The notes under the pieces are model-generated. The model searched no databases, was not told where the DNA came from, and saw nothing but the letters and a program-made list of their open reading frames with translations. Shown here one piece after another: positions 1 to 7,806 of a stretch of 32,000 bases of DNA. The stretch comes from Pirellula staleyi DSM 6068 (lineage in GTDB: Bacteria > Planctomycetota > Planctomycetia > Pirellulales > Pirellulaceae), in NCBI GenBank assembly GCA_000025185.1, contig CP001848.1:3570001-3602000 (forward strand). The letters run 5' to 3'. The number at the start of each line of letters is the position of its first letter. The first letter of the stretch is position 1. Both the position numbers and the translations under genes were made by a program.

Positions 1-3
1 GTC

Positions 4-1383
4 ATGTCGGCTACCACCACGATGCCAACCGCGGTTGAAAACGTTTCCGAGCGAAACGCCACAGCCAAAGCGCGCACCTGGCAGTCGCAGATGCTCGTTC
101 GGCCCTCCATTGGTGTCCGCGTTTTGGCGTTCGGGCTCTTCCTGGCCCTCTTCGTCATGATTGTCGGCATGCTCTATCTACCGTGGCAACAAACGTCGCG
201 TGGAGCGGGGCGAGTCGTGGCGTACGATCCGACCGAACGTCCTCAAACGATCGAAGCGCCGATCTATGGTCGCGTCGCTAAATGGGGAGAAGGAATTTAC
301 GAAGGAGCCTCGGTCACCAAGGGGCAACTCATTTTGGAGATCGCCGACAACGATCCCGAGCGAGCCTTGCGACTCGAGCAGCAAGTCGAAGCGACGAAAC
401 AGAAGCTCGCCTTCGCGACCGACAAGGTGCAGTCGTACTTTTCGCAGATCGAAGAGTACCGAGCATCGCGCACGCTGATTGAGGAATCGTACGCGCAGCT
501 GATCGCCGTCGCCGAGCAAAAAATCGCCGCGAGCAAAAGCGATCTCGCCGCAGCGAAGGCCTCCGAGTGGCAACTCGAAATCGACTTCCAGCGTCAAGAT
601 ACGCTCGCCAAGGAAGGGATTGTGGGGGGGATCAAAGGTCAAGAAGCGAAAGCCAAGTACGAGCAAGCGGTTGCCAAACGGCAAGCCAGCGAGAGCTACG
701 TCGAAGCTGCGGAGCGCGAACGAGAATCGAAGCTCGCCGAGGGTAAGGCCAAGGTGCGCGAGGCAGTCACCAAGGTGCAAGAGGCTCAGGCCAAGCATCA
801 AGCAGCCCAAGGTGAAGAGGCACTCGCTCGCAAAGAACTGGCTGAAATTCAAGGGAAACTCGCACAATTCGGACAGCGTACGGTGGTCGCTCCGCGCGAT
901 GGCATCTTGCTTCGCATCTACGTCGCCGACAACACCCAAATGCTCAAAGAGGGTGATCCTCTCTTCATGATCGTTCCTGAAACGACGGAGCAAGCGGTGG
1001 AGTTGTGGGTCAATGGAAACGACATTCCGCTCATCGAACTCGGTCGCGAAGTGCGGCTTCAGTTCGAAGGTTGGCCCGCGGTGCAGTTTGCTGGATGGCC
1101 GAGCGTGGCGGTCGGTACTTTTAGCGGCGAAGTGGTGGCGATTGATGCGACCGACGACGGCAAAGGGAATTTCCGCGTCCTCGTACAACCTCGACCCAAT
1201 CAGCCGTGGCCCTCGAAACAGTTCCTCCGCCAAGGGGCTCGTGCCAATGGCTGGGTGATGCTTAACGAGGTTCGGCTCGGCTATGAAGTGTGGCGACAAC
1301 TCAACGGCTTCCCGCCGGTAATCGCCATGGAAGAACCGAAAAGTGACTCTAAAGAAAAGACGAAAGTGAAGCTCCCCAAATGA
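4..1383 (+). CDS. HlyD-family periplasmic adaptor (membrane-fusion protein) of an export/efflux system
   Basis: 459-aa ORF with a short cytoplasmic N-terminus and one TM helix (VLAFGLFLALFVMIVGMLYL). It has a lipoyl-like segment (PIYGRVAKW...GQLILEI), a long Ala/Glu/Lys coiled coil and a C-terminal beta-rich segment (VRLQFEGWPAVQFAGWP...). Its stop overlaps the next gene's start (ATGA at 1380-1383). Only 3 nt lie upstream, so the start is unconfirmed. Confidence 0.8.
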   Translation: MSATTTMPTAVENVSERNATAKARTWQSQMLVRPSIGVRVLAFGLFLALFVMIVGMLYLPWQQTSRGAGRVVAYDPTERPQTIEAPIYGRVAKWGEGIYEGASVTKGQLILEIADNDPERALRLEQQVEATKQKLAFATDKVQSYFSQIEEYRASRTLIEESYAQLIAVAEQKIAASKSDLAAAKASEWQLEIDFQRQDTLAKEGIVGGIKGQEAKAKYEQAVAKRQASESYVEAAERERESKLAEGKAKVREAVTKVQEAQAKHQAAQGEEALARKELAEIQGKLAQFGQRTVVAPRDGILLRIYVADNTQMLKEGDPLFMIVPETTEQAVELWVNGNDIPLIELGREVRLQFEGWPAVQFAGWPSVAVGTFSGEVVAIDATDDGKGNFRVLVQPRPNQPWPSKQFLRQGARANGWVMLNEVRLGYEVWRQLNGFPPVIAMEEPKSDSKEKTKVKLPK

Positions 1384-3230
1384 CATGGAAGTCATGGATG
1401 GTGCTCGCCCTCGTGCTCGCTGGTGGAACCGGTTGTGGCACGACACGCTCCCAAACAACTCCGCCAACGGCACCAATGCCGCAGGCTGCTTCACGCGCCC
1501 CGAGCGAGTCGTCTCCTGCTGCGCACGATCCGTCGCGGCGTACGGCTTTTCTCCCAGCCGTCAGCCAAGTATCGATGCAAGTCCCCGTGCAGCCTCCAGA
1601 CGCAGCGCCACTGCCGCCACCCCTGTCTGGCCCCATGCTGGCACCCATTCCTGCGCCGATGCCTCGGCCCATGAACGGTCCGCCGACGGGACCTATGCCA
1701 GCCCCGAGGATTGTGCCCCTTCCTGCGCCGGATCCTGATCCCAACAGCCCCGCTGGCGGCGCGCCGGAAGTCCTTCCTCTGCCGCTGGGAATGGGCGATC
1801 GCAGCCCCACACTACCCGAGCGTAGCCCTGCCGATCGTTTGCAAAATCTGATCGAGTCGGCTGATCCAAGTGCTGAGAATTTCGAGAAGGCACCCCTCTC
1901 GCTCGAGCAATTGATGGGGAGCGTGGTGCAGCAATTTCCACTGGTGCTCAGTGCGCTCGAAGAGCAGCAAATCGCATCGGGTCGCGCGCAAGCAGCGCAA
2001 GGTGCTTTTGATCTGAAGGTCGCCGCCGAATCGATGAACCTGGCGGAAGGTTTCTACGAAAACTATCGGCACGCTGTGAAGGCCGAGCAAGCGACCTGGA
2101 TGGGTGGCTCGCTCTACGGCCAGTATCGCTTGGGCGATGGCGACTTTCAGCCGTGGTACAAAGAACGCGAAACCAACGAAGGGGGCGAACTGAAAGTCGG
2201 CTGGTTAACGCCATTGCTGCGAGGTCGCGAAATCGACGAGCGCCGCGCCGAGATCATGAAAGCCGATCTCGATTTGGCAGCCGCCGAGCCGATCGTTCAG
2301 CAGCAAGTGCTCGAAGCGCTGAGCGTGGCGTCGTATGTCTACTGGTCGTGGGTCGCCGCTGGCCAAAACTTCATGGTCACGCAAGAGCTGCTCGAAGTCG
2401 CCAAGAATCGACAAGCGGCTCTTGCGCGGCAAGTAGAACTCGAAAACATCGCCCGCGTCGAGCTGATGCAAAACGAGCGACTGATCGCCTCGCGTGAAGC
2501 CAAACTTGTCGAAGCGAAACGTAAGCTTCAAGCAGCGGCGATCAAGCTCTCCCTCTTCCTCCGCGATCCGATCGGTAATCCGATCATTCCTTCGGTCGCC
2601 GAGCTACCACCCAACTTCCCGCCCATCGATCCAGCATTGCATACCAAGCTCGAGACCGATATCGCTAGTGCCATCGATATTCGCCCCGAGATTCGGCAGT
2701 TGGCACTGGCCCGCGAAAGCGTTTCGATCGATCTAGCGCAGGGCAACAACGACTTGATGCCCAATCTGAGCACCGTGATTGAAGTGAGCAAAGATGTCGG
2801 CGCTAAGGCGAGCAGCAGCGGAGATAAAACGCCGCTGGAACTCGAAGCGGGTCTCGTCTTCGACATGCCGGTGCAGCGGAATAAAGCGTCGGGCAAAATT
2901 CGTGCATCGCAAGCCAAGCTTTCGCAACTGGCGATCAAGCAGCAATTCACGATGGAAAAGATTGCCACGGAAGTCCAGGATGCTCATTCGGCGCGCGATG
3001 CCGCGATCGAGCGTTTGGCACAAACACGCGAGAATGTTCGACTCGCTCGCGAACTGGTGAATGCCGAGTATCGCAGCTTCGAACTGGGCAATAGCGATGT
3101 GCTGCGGATCGCGATTCAAGAGGCGGCTGAGCTCGACGCACAGCAACTCGAAATCGAAGCGATCGCCGACTATTTCCAGGCGACAGCGCAGCTGCGAATT
3201 GCCACCGGCGAGCCCCTTCGTCGCCCCTAG
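1380..3230 (+). CDS. TolC-family outer-membrane efflux protein, predicted lipoprotein with a long Pro-rich N-terminal spacer
   Basis: 616-aa ORF. The signal peptide ends in a lipobox-like GTGC (Cys19). About 130 Pro-rich residues follow. The rest shows the two-repeat OEP/TolC architecture (helical repeats; ...NNDLMPNLS..., ...YRSFELGNSDVLRIAIQEA...). It is coupled to the HlyD gene by a 4-nt overlap. Confidence 0.8.
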   Translation: MTWKSWMVLALVLAGGTGCGTTRSQTTPPTAPMPQAASRAPSESSPAAHDPSRRTAFLPAVSQVSMQVPVQPPDAAPLPPPLSGPMLAPIPAPMPRPMNGPPTGPMPAPRIVPLPAPDPDPNSPAGGAPEVLPLPLGMGDRSPTLPERSPADRLQNLIESADPSAENFEKAPLSLEQLMGSVVQQFPLVLSALEEQQIASGRAQAAQGAFDLKVAAESMNLAEGFYENYRHAVKAEQATWMGGSLYGQYRLGDGDFQPWYKERETNEGGELKVGWLTPLLRGREIDERRAEIMKADLDLAAAEPIVQQQVLEALSVASYVYWSWVAAGQNFMVTQELLEVAKNRQAALARQVELENIARVELMQNERLIASREAKLVEAKRKLQAAAIKLSLFLRDPIGNPIIPSVAELPPNFPPIDPALHTKLETDIASAIDIRPEIRQLALARESVSIDLAQGNNDLMPNLSTVIEVSKDVGAKASSSGDKTPLELEAGLVFDMPVQRNKASGKIRASQAKLSQLAIKQQFTMEKIATEVQDAHSARDAAIERLAQTRENVRLARELVNAEYRSFELGNSDVLRIAIQEAAELDAQQLEIEAIADYFQATAQLRIATGEPLRRP

Positions 3231-3250
3231 CAAGAGCCTGTGAGTGAGCA

Positions 3251-3277
3251 CTGCGGCGAGTCGTAGCTCGGCCGCAG
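3251..3277 (+). terminator. GC-rich hairpin 20 nt after the TolC stop (possible terminator, no U-tract)
   Basis: CTGCGGCGAG-tcgtag-CTCGGCCGCAG forms a 10-bp stem with one bulged G and a 6-nt loop. It is not followed by a T run, so function is uncertain. Confidence 0.3.
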
Positions 3278-3361
3278 GTGGAGGTTCATCTTGGCGAGGC
3301 ACTATATCGCCAGCCGCTGCTTAGCGGGGCGTTGAACAGAGCCCACCCTGCGCAAAGGCTG

Positions 3362-3604
3362 TTAGGTCGACTGGCTACTCGTATAACAGAGCGAGCAGAC
3401 CCGGATTTCGCGCACCGTCTCGAGCCCGATCCCTCCCGGGTCATCGACGTAATCGGTTTTCATCCGCTTCTCTTTGAAATTCCAGCGTCGCAGCTTATTC
3501 GCCTGACTGCGCGCCGGATAAACGGCGACGCGCTGTAGGATCGTCTTGCGATACGAGCGGGTTTTCGATGGGACCAAACATTGACATTGCTGACATCGAT
3601 ACAT
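3362..3604 (-). CDS. Hypothetical small zinc-ribbon protein (CxxC ... CxxC)
   Basis: Starting at MYRCQQCQC (ATG 3604) gives an 80-aa basic protein with an N-terminal CQQC and a C-terminal CSLC pair. It lies in a more AT-rich stretch. No family was recognised and no clear RBS is present. An overlapping plus-strand ORF (3278-3538) is the alternative reading. Confidence 0.3.
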   Translation of the reverse strand: MYRCQQCQCLVPSKTRSYRKTILQRVAVYPARSQANKLRRWNFKEKRMKTDYVDDPGGIGLETVREIRVCSLCYTSSQST

Positions 3605-3998
3605 GAAATGAGCTAATAGGTTACAACTCGCGAAGTCGCTCTCCAATCGCTGAGTGCATAAGGTCTTCTAAGGTAATATTCATTATGATCGAACGGTTCG
3701 ATGATACTATGGAGATGCGCAGTATCAGCGCGGCGCTTTGCTCGCTCGGTTCGAGCAATCGCGATTGCTTTTAGCTTTTGTGGAGAATCTTGATTTCGCG
3801 CAAGTGATCACAGCGGAGGAGCGCGAGGGAGCGGCCTGCTAGGTCGTCGCTGATGCATATAACAGCAGCGATTCTTCGAGAAAACAAGCCGATATGCCTG
3901 CCAGTGCTGGGCAAGGAGGCGATTCACTAGGCGAGCATGTCGCGGCAAAATGATGAGCGATGATCGATCGCTTCAGGGGCTCAGGCTGAAGGTGAGTC

Positions 3999-4033
3999 AA
4001 AAAAGAGCGACCTAAAAAATGTTTTAGGTCGCT
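3999..4033 (-). terminator. Rho-independent terminator downstream of the protoglobin gene
   Basis: Perfect 12-bp stem AGCGACCTAAAA / TTTTAGGTCGCT (4006-4017 / 4022-4033) with a 4-nt loop. On the minus strand it is followed by CTTTTTT (complement of 3999-4005). It sits 89 nt after the stop at 4122. Confidence 0.65.
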
Positions 4034-4121
4034 TAATTCGAGGTGTATTATAAGCACGCTGTTTGCGTCGTCGCAAGAGGTATCTTGCGATTGTTTGTTC
4101 ATACAATTAGTACCAATTGTC

Positions 4122-4757
4122 TTAATGCGAAGTCGCCAGTTGATTCGCAGCGTCTTGCGAGGGGGGCGTATCGTTCCAAGTCGATGCTGTTTGATAGTGG
4201 CGATTGATTAAATCGTTTTGAACCCACAACAATTTTTGGAAGGCACGCTGGGTCTTGATTTCGGTCTCGCGGTCGAGTCCCAGCGAGAAGATGGTGGCGA
4301 TCAGTGCGTCGGCTACAAAACCGAGCAGTGCGTTCATCTGCACCAGCGGCACGTTGAGTTCGGAAGAGCCGGCTAGAGGGGTGTGCATCTTCCCCACCAT
4401 GTCGAGATACGAAACCATTTTGGCGTCGTAGGTCCGCTCGACCAACGCGCGAAGATAGCGAGCCAGGTGCGTTTTGCGGAAGGCGATCTGGGGATCGTCG
4501 GCGCGAAGGTTGTCGACCGAGGTGGCTGTGGGGCCATCGTAGCCAGCGTTCCGCGGCACGAAGTGCCGCCAGGTGGCATCGTACTGGGCCAGTTTTTCGT
4601 ACACCGCGTCGACTAGCGCCGGGATGACCGGGGCCAGATGCGGACCGGCAGCGGCCACTGTTGCCAGATCGTCGGCCGTTACGTTCATAAACTCGGCGAG
4701 GTAGCCAAAGCGATAGGCCACGTCGGTTTCGAGGCGAGCTTCATCAATCCGCTTCAT
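4122..4757 (-). CDS. Single-domain protoglobin (globin-coupled-sensor-type globin fold) protein
   Basis: 211 aa starting at MKRIDEARL (ATG 4757). The layout matches protoglobin/GCS globin domains: ...LAPVIPALVDAVYEKL..., ...THLARYLRALVERTYD..., and a candidate proximal-His region YLDMVGKMHT. The 329-aa ORF in the track extends into the divergent Rrf2 gene and the AT-rich promoter region, so I truncated it. Confidence 0.6.
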   Translation of the reverse strand: MKRIDEARLETDVAYRFGYLAEFMNVTADDLATVAAAGPHLAPVIPALVDAVYEKLAQYDATWRHFVPRNAGYDGPTATSVDNLRADDPQIAFRKTHLARYLRALVERTYDAKMVSYLDMVGKMHTPLAGSSELNVPLVQMNALLGFVADALIATIFSLGLDRETEIKTQRAFQKLLWVQNDLINRHYQTASTWNDTPPSQDAANQLATSH

Positions 4758-4830
4758 CGCAAGGTTCCTGATTCGTTGGAGAGGGGGGCTGAAAGGAAGG
4801 GGAGTTGCTCGCGGCTGCTGGGAATTGAAG

Positions 4831-4915
4831 TTGACATTCACCGCCGCGAGATAAAATGGACATGAATATCCATTTGTCTGAATCGTAAATCGGCTATAGT
4901 GGATGTCAATGTCCA
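4831..4915. promoter_or_regulatory. Divergent control region: candidate overlapping promoters plus two TGGA-N8-TCCA inverted repeats (candidate Rrf2 operators)
   Basis: Plus strand: TTGACA (4831-4836), 15-nt spacer, TAAAAT (4852-4857). Minus strand: TTGACA (4909-4904), 16-nt spacer, TACGAT (4887-4882). Inverted repeats: AAATGGAcatgaataTCCATTT (4854-4875) and TGGAtgtcaatgTCCA (4900-4915). They overlap the -10/start region of one putative promoter and the -35 of the other. Confidence 0.3.
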
Positions 4916-4949
4916 GTTTTGTTTTCTCTCGTAGTTTGCGGAAGTTCGT

Positions 4950-5486
4950 ATGTTTTCTCAGACCGTCGAATATGCCCTGCGAGCCGTGGTCTATCTGGCG
5001 GCTGATTCGTCGCAACCAGCGACCACAGAACAGCTTGCAGCGGTGACGAAGGTTCCCAAGGCCTACCTTTCGAAGGTCCTGCAGGGACTTGTACGGGCCG
5101 GGATTTTGCACTCGCAGCGCGGCATCGGAGGGGGGATGACCTTGGTGAAGTCGCCAGCCGACCTAACGATTCTCGAGGTGGTGCAGGCGGTGGAACCGGT
5201 CGCCCGGATTCGGAGCTGTCCACTCGGATTGGCCTGGCATGGCGAGCATTTGTGCCCGCTTCACCGCCGGATGGACGACGCCCTGGCGCTCGTCGAGCAA
5301 GCCCTCGGCTCCAGCACCCTCGCGGAAGTGCTGGCAGAGCCCAGCCGCAGCAAACCGCTGTGGGACGGCGATCCGTCGCTGGCGGTGGTGGGGACGATTC
5401 AGGCGGCGCTCGCAGCAGCGCCCGAAAACGAAGCTGGTTGCATGGGGCTGACTCCTCCACAGGCGAGTTCGCCACCGACTCCCTAA
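4950..5486 (+). CDS. Rrf2-family (NsrR/IscR-like) transcriptional regulator
   Basis: Canonical Rrf2 N-terminus MFSQTVEYALRAVVYLA...QLAAVTKVPKAYLSKVLQGLVRAGILHSQRGIGGGMTL (winged helix). A Cys/His-containing segment follows (SCPLGLAWHGEHLCPLH). There is a C-terminal extension of about 45 aa. Confidence 0.85.
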   Translation: MFSQTVEYALRAVVYLAADSSQPATTEQLAAVTKVPKAYLSKVLQGLVRAGILHSQRGIGGGMTLVKSPADLTILEVVQAVEPVARIRSCPLGLAWHGEHLCPLHRRMDDALALVEQALGSSTLAEVLAEPSRSKPLWDGDPSLAVVGTIQAALAAAPENEAGCMGLTPPQASSPPTP

Positions 5487-5611
5487 TTTCAGGGTCGACA
5501 GCCGATTTTGACGCGTGAAAAACCGGCTGGTTGCCCACTCTGCCGAACGCTAGGCATATTCTGGGGCGCGGCGGCTTGTTATGCTGATAGCTTGCAGTTT
5601 AAGCCGATATT

Positions 5612-6439
5612 TTGGGGAGCGATTGGGTGCGAGTTATTATCGAGTCGGATGCTCTGGCGGCCAGTCGCCGAGCGGCACGTTTCATTGCAGATCAAATCCG
5701 TCGTAAGCCCGACACGGTCCTTGGGCTCGCTACCGGAAGTTCCCCTCTCGAGACCTATCGCGAACTCATTCGCCTGCATCAGACCGAAGGGCTGGATTTT
5801 GCACAGGTCACCACGTTCAACCTCGACGAATACGTGGGACTCGGCCCAAGCCATCCGCAAAGCTATCGCCACTTCATGCAGCAGCATCTGTTTGATCATG
5901 TGAATCTGGCGCCGAGCAAAACGCATGTTCCCGATGGCCGTGCTCTCGATTTCGAAGTCCATTGCCGGGTGTACGAACAGCAGATTCGCGACGCCGGTGG
6001 CATCGACCTGCAGCTCCTCGGGATTGGCACCGATGGCCACATCGCCTTCAACGAGCCAGGATCGTCGCTCGGCAGCCGCACGCGTTTGAAGACTTTGGCC
6101 AGCGAAACGATTCGCGACAACGCCCGTTTTTTTGGGGGTGAAGAGAAGGTGCCTCGACTTGCCGTGACGATGGGAGTCGGCACGATTCTCGAATCGCGGC
6201 GCTGTTTGCTGCTGGCCTTTGGTCCCAAGAAGGCCGAGGCTGTTCGCAACACGGTCGAGGGACCGATCACCGCTCAAGTGACAGCCACCGCGCTGCAGCT
6301 GCACCGCGAAGTGGTCGGTATTTTCGACGAAGCAGCAGCCCGTTTGCTGGTACGGCGCGACTATTACGCCGAGGTCGAGCGTGCCCAAACATTGCTGGAA
6401 GCAGGCCAGTATCGAGCACTGGGCATTGGCAACCAGTAA
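5612..6439 (+). CDS. nagB: Glucosamine-6-phosphate deaminase
   Basis: NagB motifs: LGLATGSSP, FNLDEYVGL, GIGTDGHIAFNEPGSS, LAVTMGVGTIL. The track start (TTG 5612) may be too early. GTG 5627 is preceded by GGGGAG and gives the usual (M)RVII... N-terminus. Confidence 0.9.
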   Translation: MGSDWVRVIIESDALAASRRAARFIADQIRRKPDTVLGLATGSSPLETYRELIRLHQTEGLDFAQVTTFNLDEYVGLGPSHPQSYRHFMQQHLFDHVNLAPSKTHVPDGRALDFEVHCRVYEQQIRDAGGIDLQLLGIGTDGHIAFNEPGSSLGSRTRLKTLASETIRDNARFFGGEEKVPRLAVTMGVGTILESRRCLLLAFGPKKAEAVRNTVEGPITAQVTATALQLHREVVGIFDEAAARLLVRRDYYAEVERAQTLLEAGQYRALGIGNQ

Positions 6440-6537
6440 GAATGATTTAATTCCGTAGGTCAGTTCGTCAGCTTGAAATTGTGCGATCCTTCCCTTTTTG
6501 TTCCTTCTAAGCGAGCGCATCGCAAGCCAGGTATCGC

Positions 6538-7578
6538 ATGAGGCAGCTGGTTCAGCTCGATCAAGAGCTCATGGCGGCGAAGCTGACCGCTTGGCTCCGC
6601 GTAAACGGCGTCGACGCGTTTGCAGAAGAAGATAAAAGTGGTTTTGTCGTTTGGATTCGGGACGAAGATGCGATTGCCGAGGCTCGCAAGCTGGCAGCCG
6701 AGTTTCAGTCCAATCCCAACGACCCGCGCTATGCGGCTGCGATCAAGCAAGCTGAAGAGCAGATCATCGCCGAGCAAAAGCGGCTCGAGCAGCAGGTCCG
6801 CAACACGATCAGGCCGGGCGACAACTGGCGCCGCTCGGGTGGTGGCGTCAATCTAGGCAGCGTGCCGCTGGTCACCGCCATTCTGGCCATCTCGGTGGTG
6901 CTCGGTTTGATGGGGGGCGTCTTCAGTAAACCGGACGTGACCAAAGCTCCCTATCGCTGGCTCAATATCGTGGATGTGGTGGCGCTCGACGAGCGGGCCA
7001 ACGTCCTTGGCGAGCAGATCGAGAACGAGCCCGACTATCGCACGGCAGATATCGAAACCAAACGCTCCGAATTGCTCCGAAGGCTCGGTAATCCTGTTTG
7101 GTTTAGCGTGCTCGCGGGAGAATACTGGCGACTCCTGACGCCCATCTTGATGCACTTCGGCATTACCCATCTGCTGTTCAATGGGATCTGCTTTTTTCAG
7201 ATCGGCGGGCAGATCGAGCGTCGCCAAGGGCTCTGGTTTCTACTGCTGCTGGTGCTGCTCACTGGTCTGGCCTCGAACATCGGTCAAGCGGCCTGGGGAT
7301 CGATGATGTTCGGTGGTCTCTCGGGCGTGGTCTATGCTGCGTTTGGGTACGTTTGGATCTCGAGCCGCTACAACCCCATGAGCGGCTATGTGATGGACCC
7401 CGGCAATGTGTTCATCATCATGCTGTGGTTTTTTCTCTGCCTGGCTGGCGAGATTCCGGCACTCAGCAGTTCGGTCGGCGCTATGACCGGTCGCATCGCC
7501 AACGTGGCCCACGTGGTGGGGCTCTTGTCGGGATTTGCGATGGCCGCCGTCGAGATTCTTCGTCAGCGATGGCGATAA
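6538..7578 (+). CDS. glpG: Rhomboid-family intramembrane serine protease, GlpG-like with cytoplasmic N-domain
   Basis: The N-terminal domain resembles the GlpG N-domain (...ARKLAAEFQSNPNDPRY). TM core motifs are HFGITHLLFNG, the catalytic GGLSGVVYAAFGY and the His motif AHVVGLLSG. Confidence 0.85.
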   Translation: MRQLVQLDQELMAAKLTAWLRVNGVDAFAEEDKSGFVVWIRDEDAIAEARKLAAEFQSNPNDPRYAAAIKQAEEQIIAEQKRLEQQVRNTIRPGDNWRRSGGGVNLGSVPLVTAILAISVVLGLMGGVFSKPDVTKAPYRWLNIVDVVALDERANVLGEQIENEPDYRTADIETKRSELLRRLGNPVWFSVLAGEYWRLLTPILMHFGITHLLFNGICFFQIGGQIERRQGLWFLLLLVLLTGLASNIGQAAWGSMMFGGLSGVVYAAFGYVWISSRYNPMSGYVMDPGNVFIIMLWFFLCLAGEIPALSSSVGAMTGRIANVAHVVGLLSGFAMAAVEILRQRWR

Positions 7579-7641
7579 AAATCGGCCCGCGATTTAGTCC
7601 TGCGTCTAGCAGTCAATGTCAGGCAGAAATGAGCAGTCTGC

Positions 7642-7668
7642 AGGCAAGTGTGCCACTGGGCACTGCCT
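7642..7668. terminator. Hairpin in the convergent gap between the rhomboid and CinA-fusion genes
   Basis: AGGCA-(agt bulge)-GTGCC actg GGCAC-TGCCT, i.e. 5+5 bp. There is no flanking T run on either strand. It is only a structural observation. Confidence 0.2.
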
Positions 7669-7806
7669 AGTGAACTCTGCCCAGCGAGAAGTGTAAATAG
7701 TCTCTATGTTTTAGGCAGATTTCGCCAACAACATGGGTTTAAACTTCTGCACTGGCAAGATACCAGTGGCACCCCAAACACCTGACATTGATCGATCGAC
7801 GGGATA

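Noticed and set aside
178-1494. 438-aa minus-strand ORF antisense to the HlyD gene. The same class includes 14452-15696 (-), 19483-20592 (-), 16562-17527 (-), 5579-6520 (-), 22653-23393 (-), 24758-25552 (+), 26190-27131 (+) and 2733-3302 (-).
   Set aside because: Each lies opposite a gene with strong family motifs. The translations are Arg/Gly/Ser/His-rich with no recognisable domains. Long stop-free antisense frames are expected in high-GC DNA.
3839-4102. 87-aa minus-strand ORF.
   Set aside because: It contains the perfect 12-bp terminator hairpin (4006-4033) that follows the protoglobin gene. It has no motifs and an odd composition, so it is probably non-coding.
4758-5111. N-terminal 118-codon extension of the protoglobin ORF (track ORF 4122-5111).
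   Set aside because: The extension runs through the AT-rich promoter region and overlaps the well-supported Rrf2 gene on the other strand. The globin-like sequence only starts at the internal ATG 4757.
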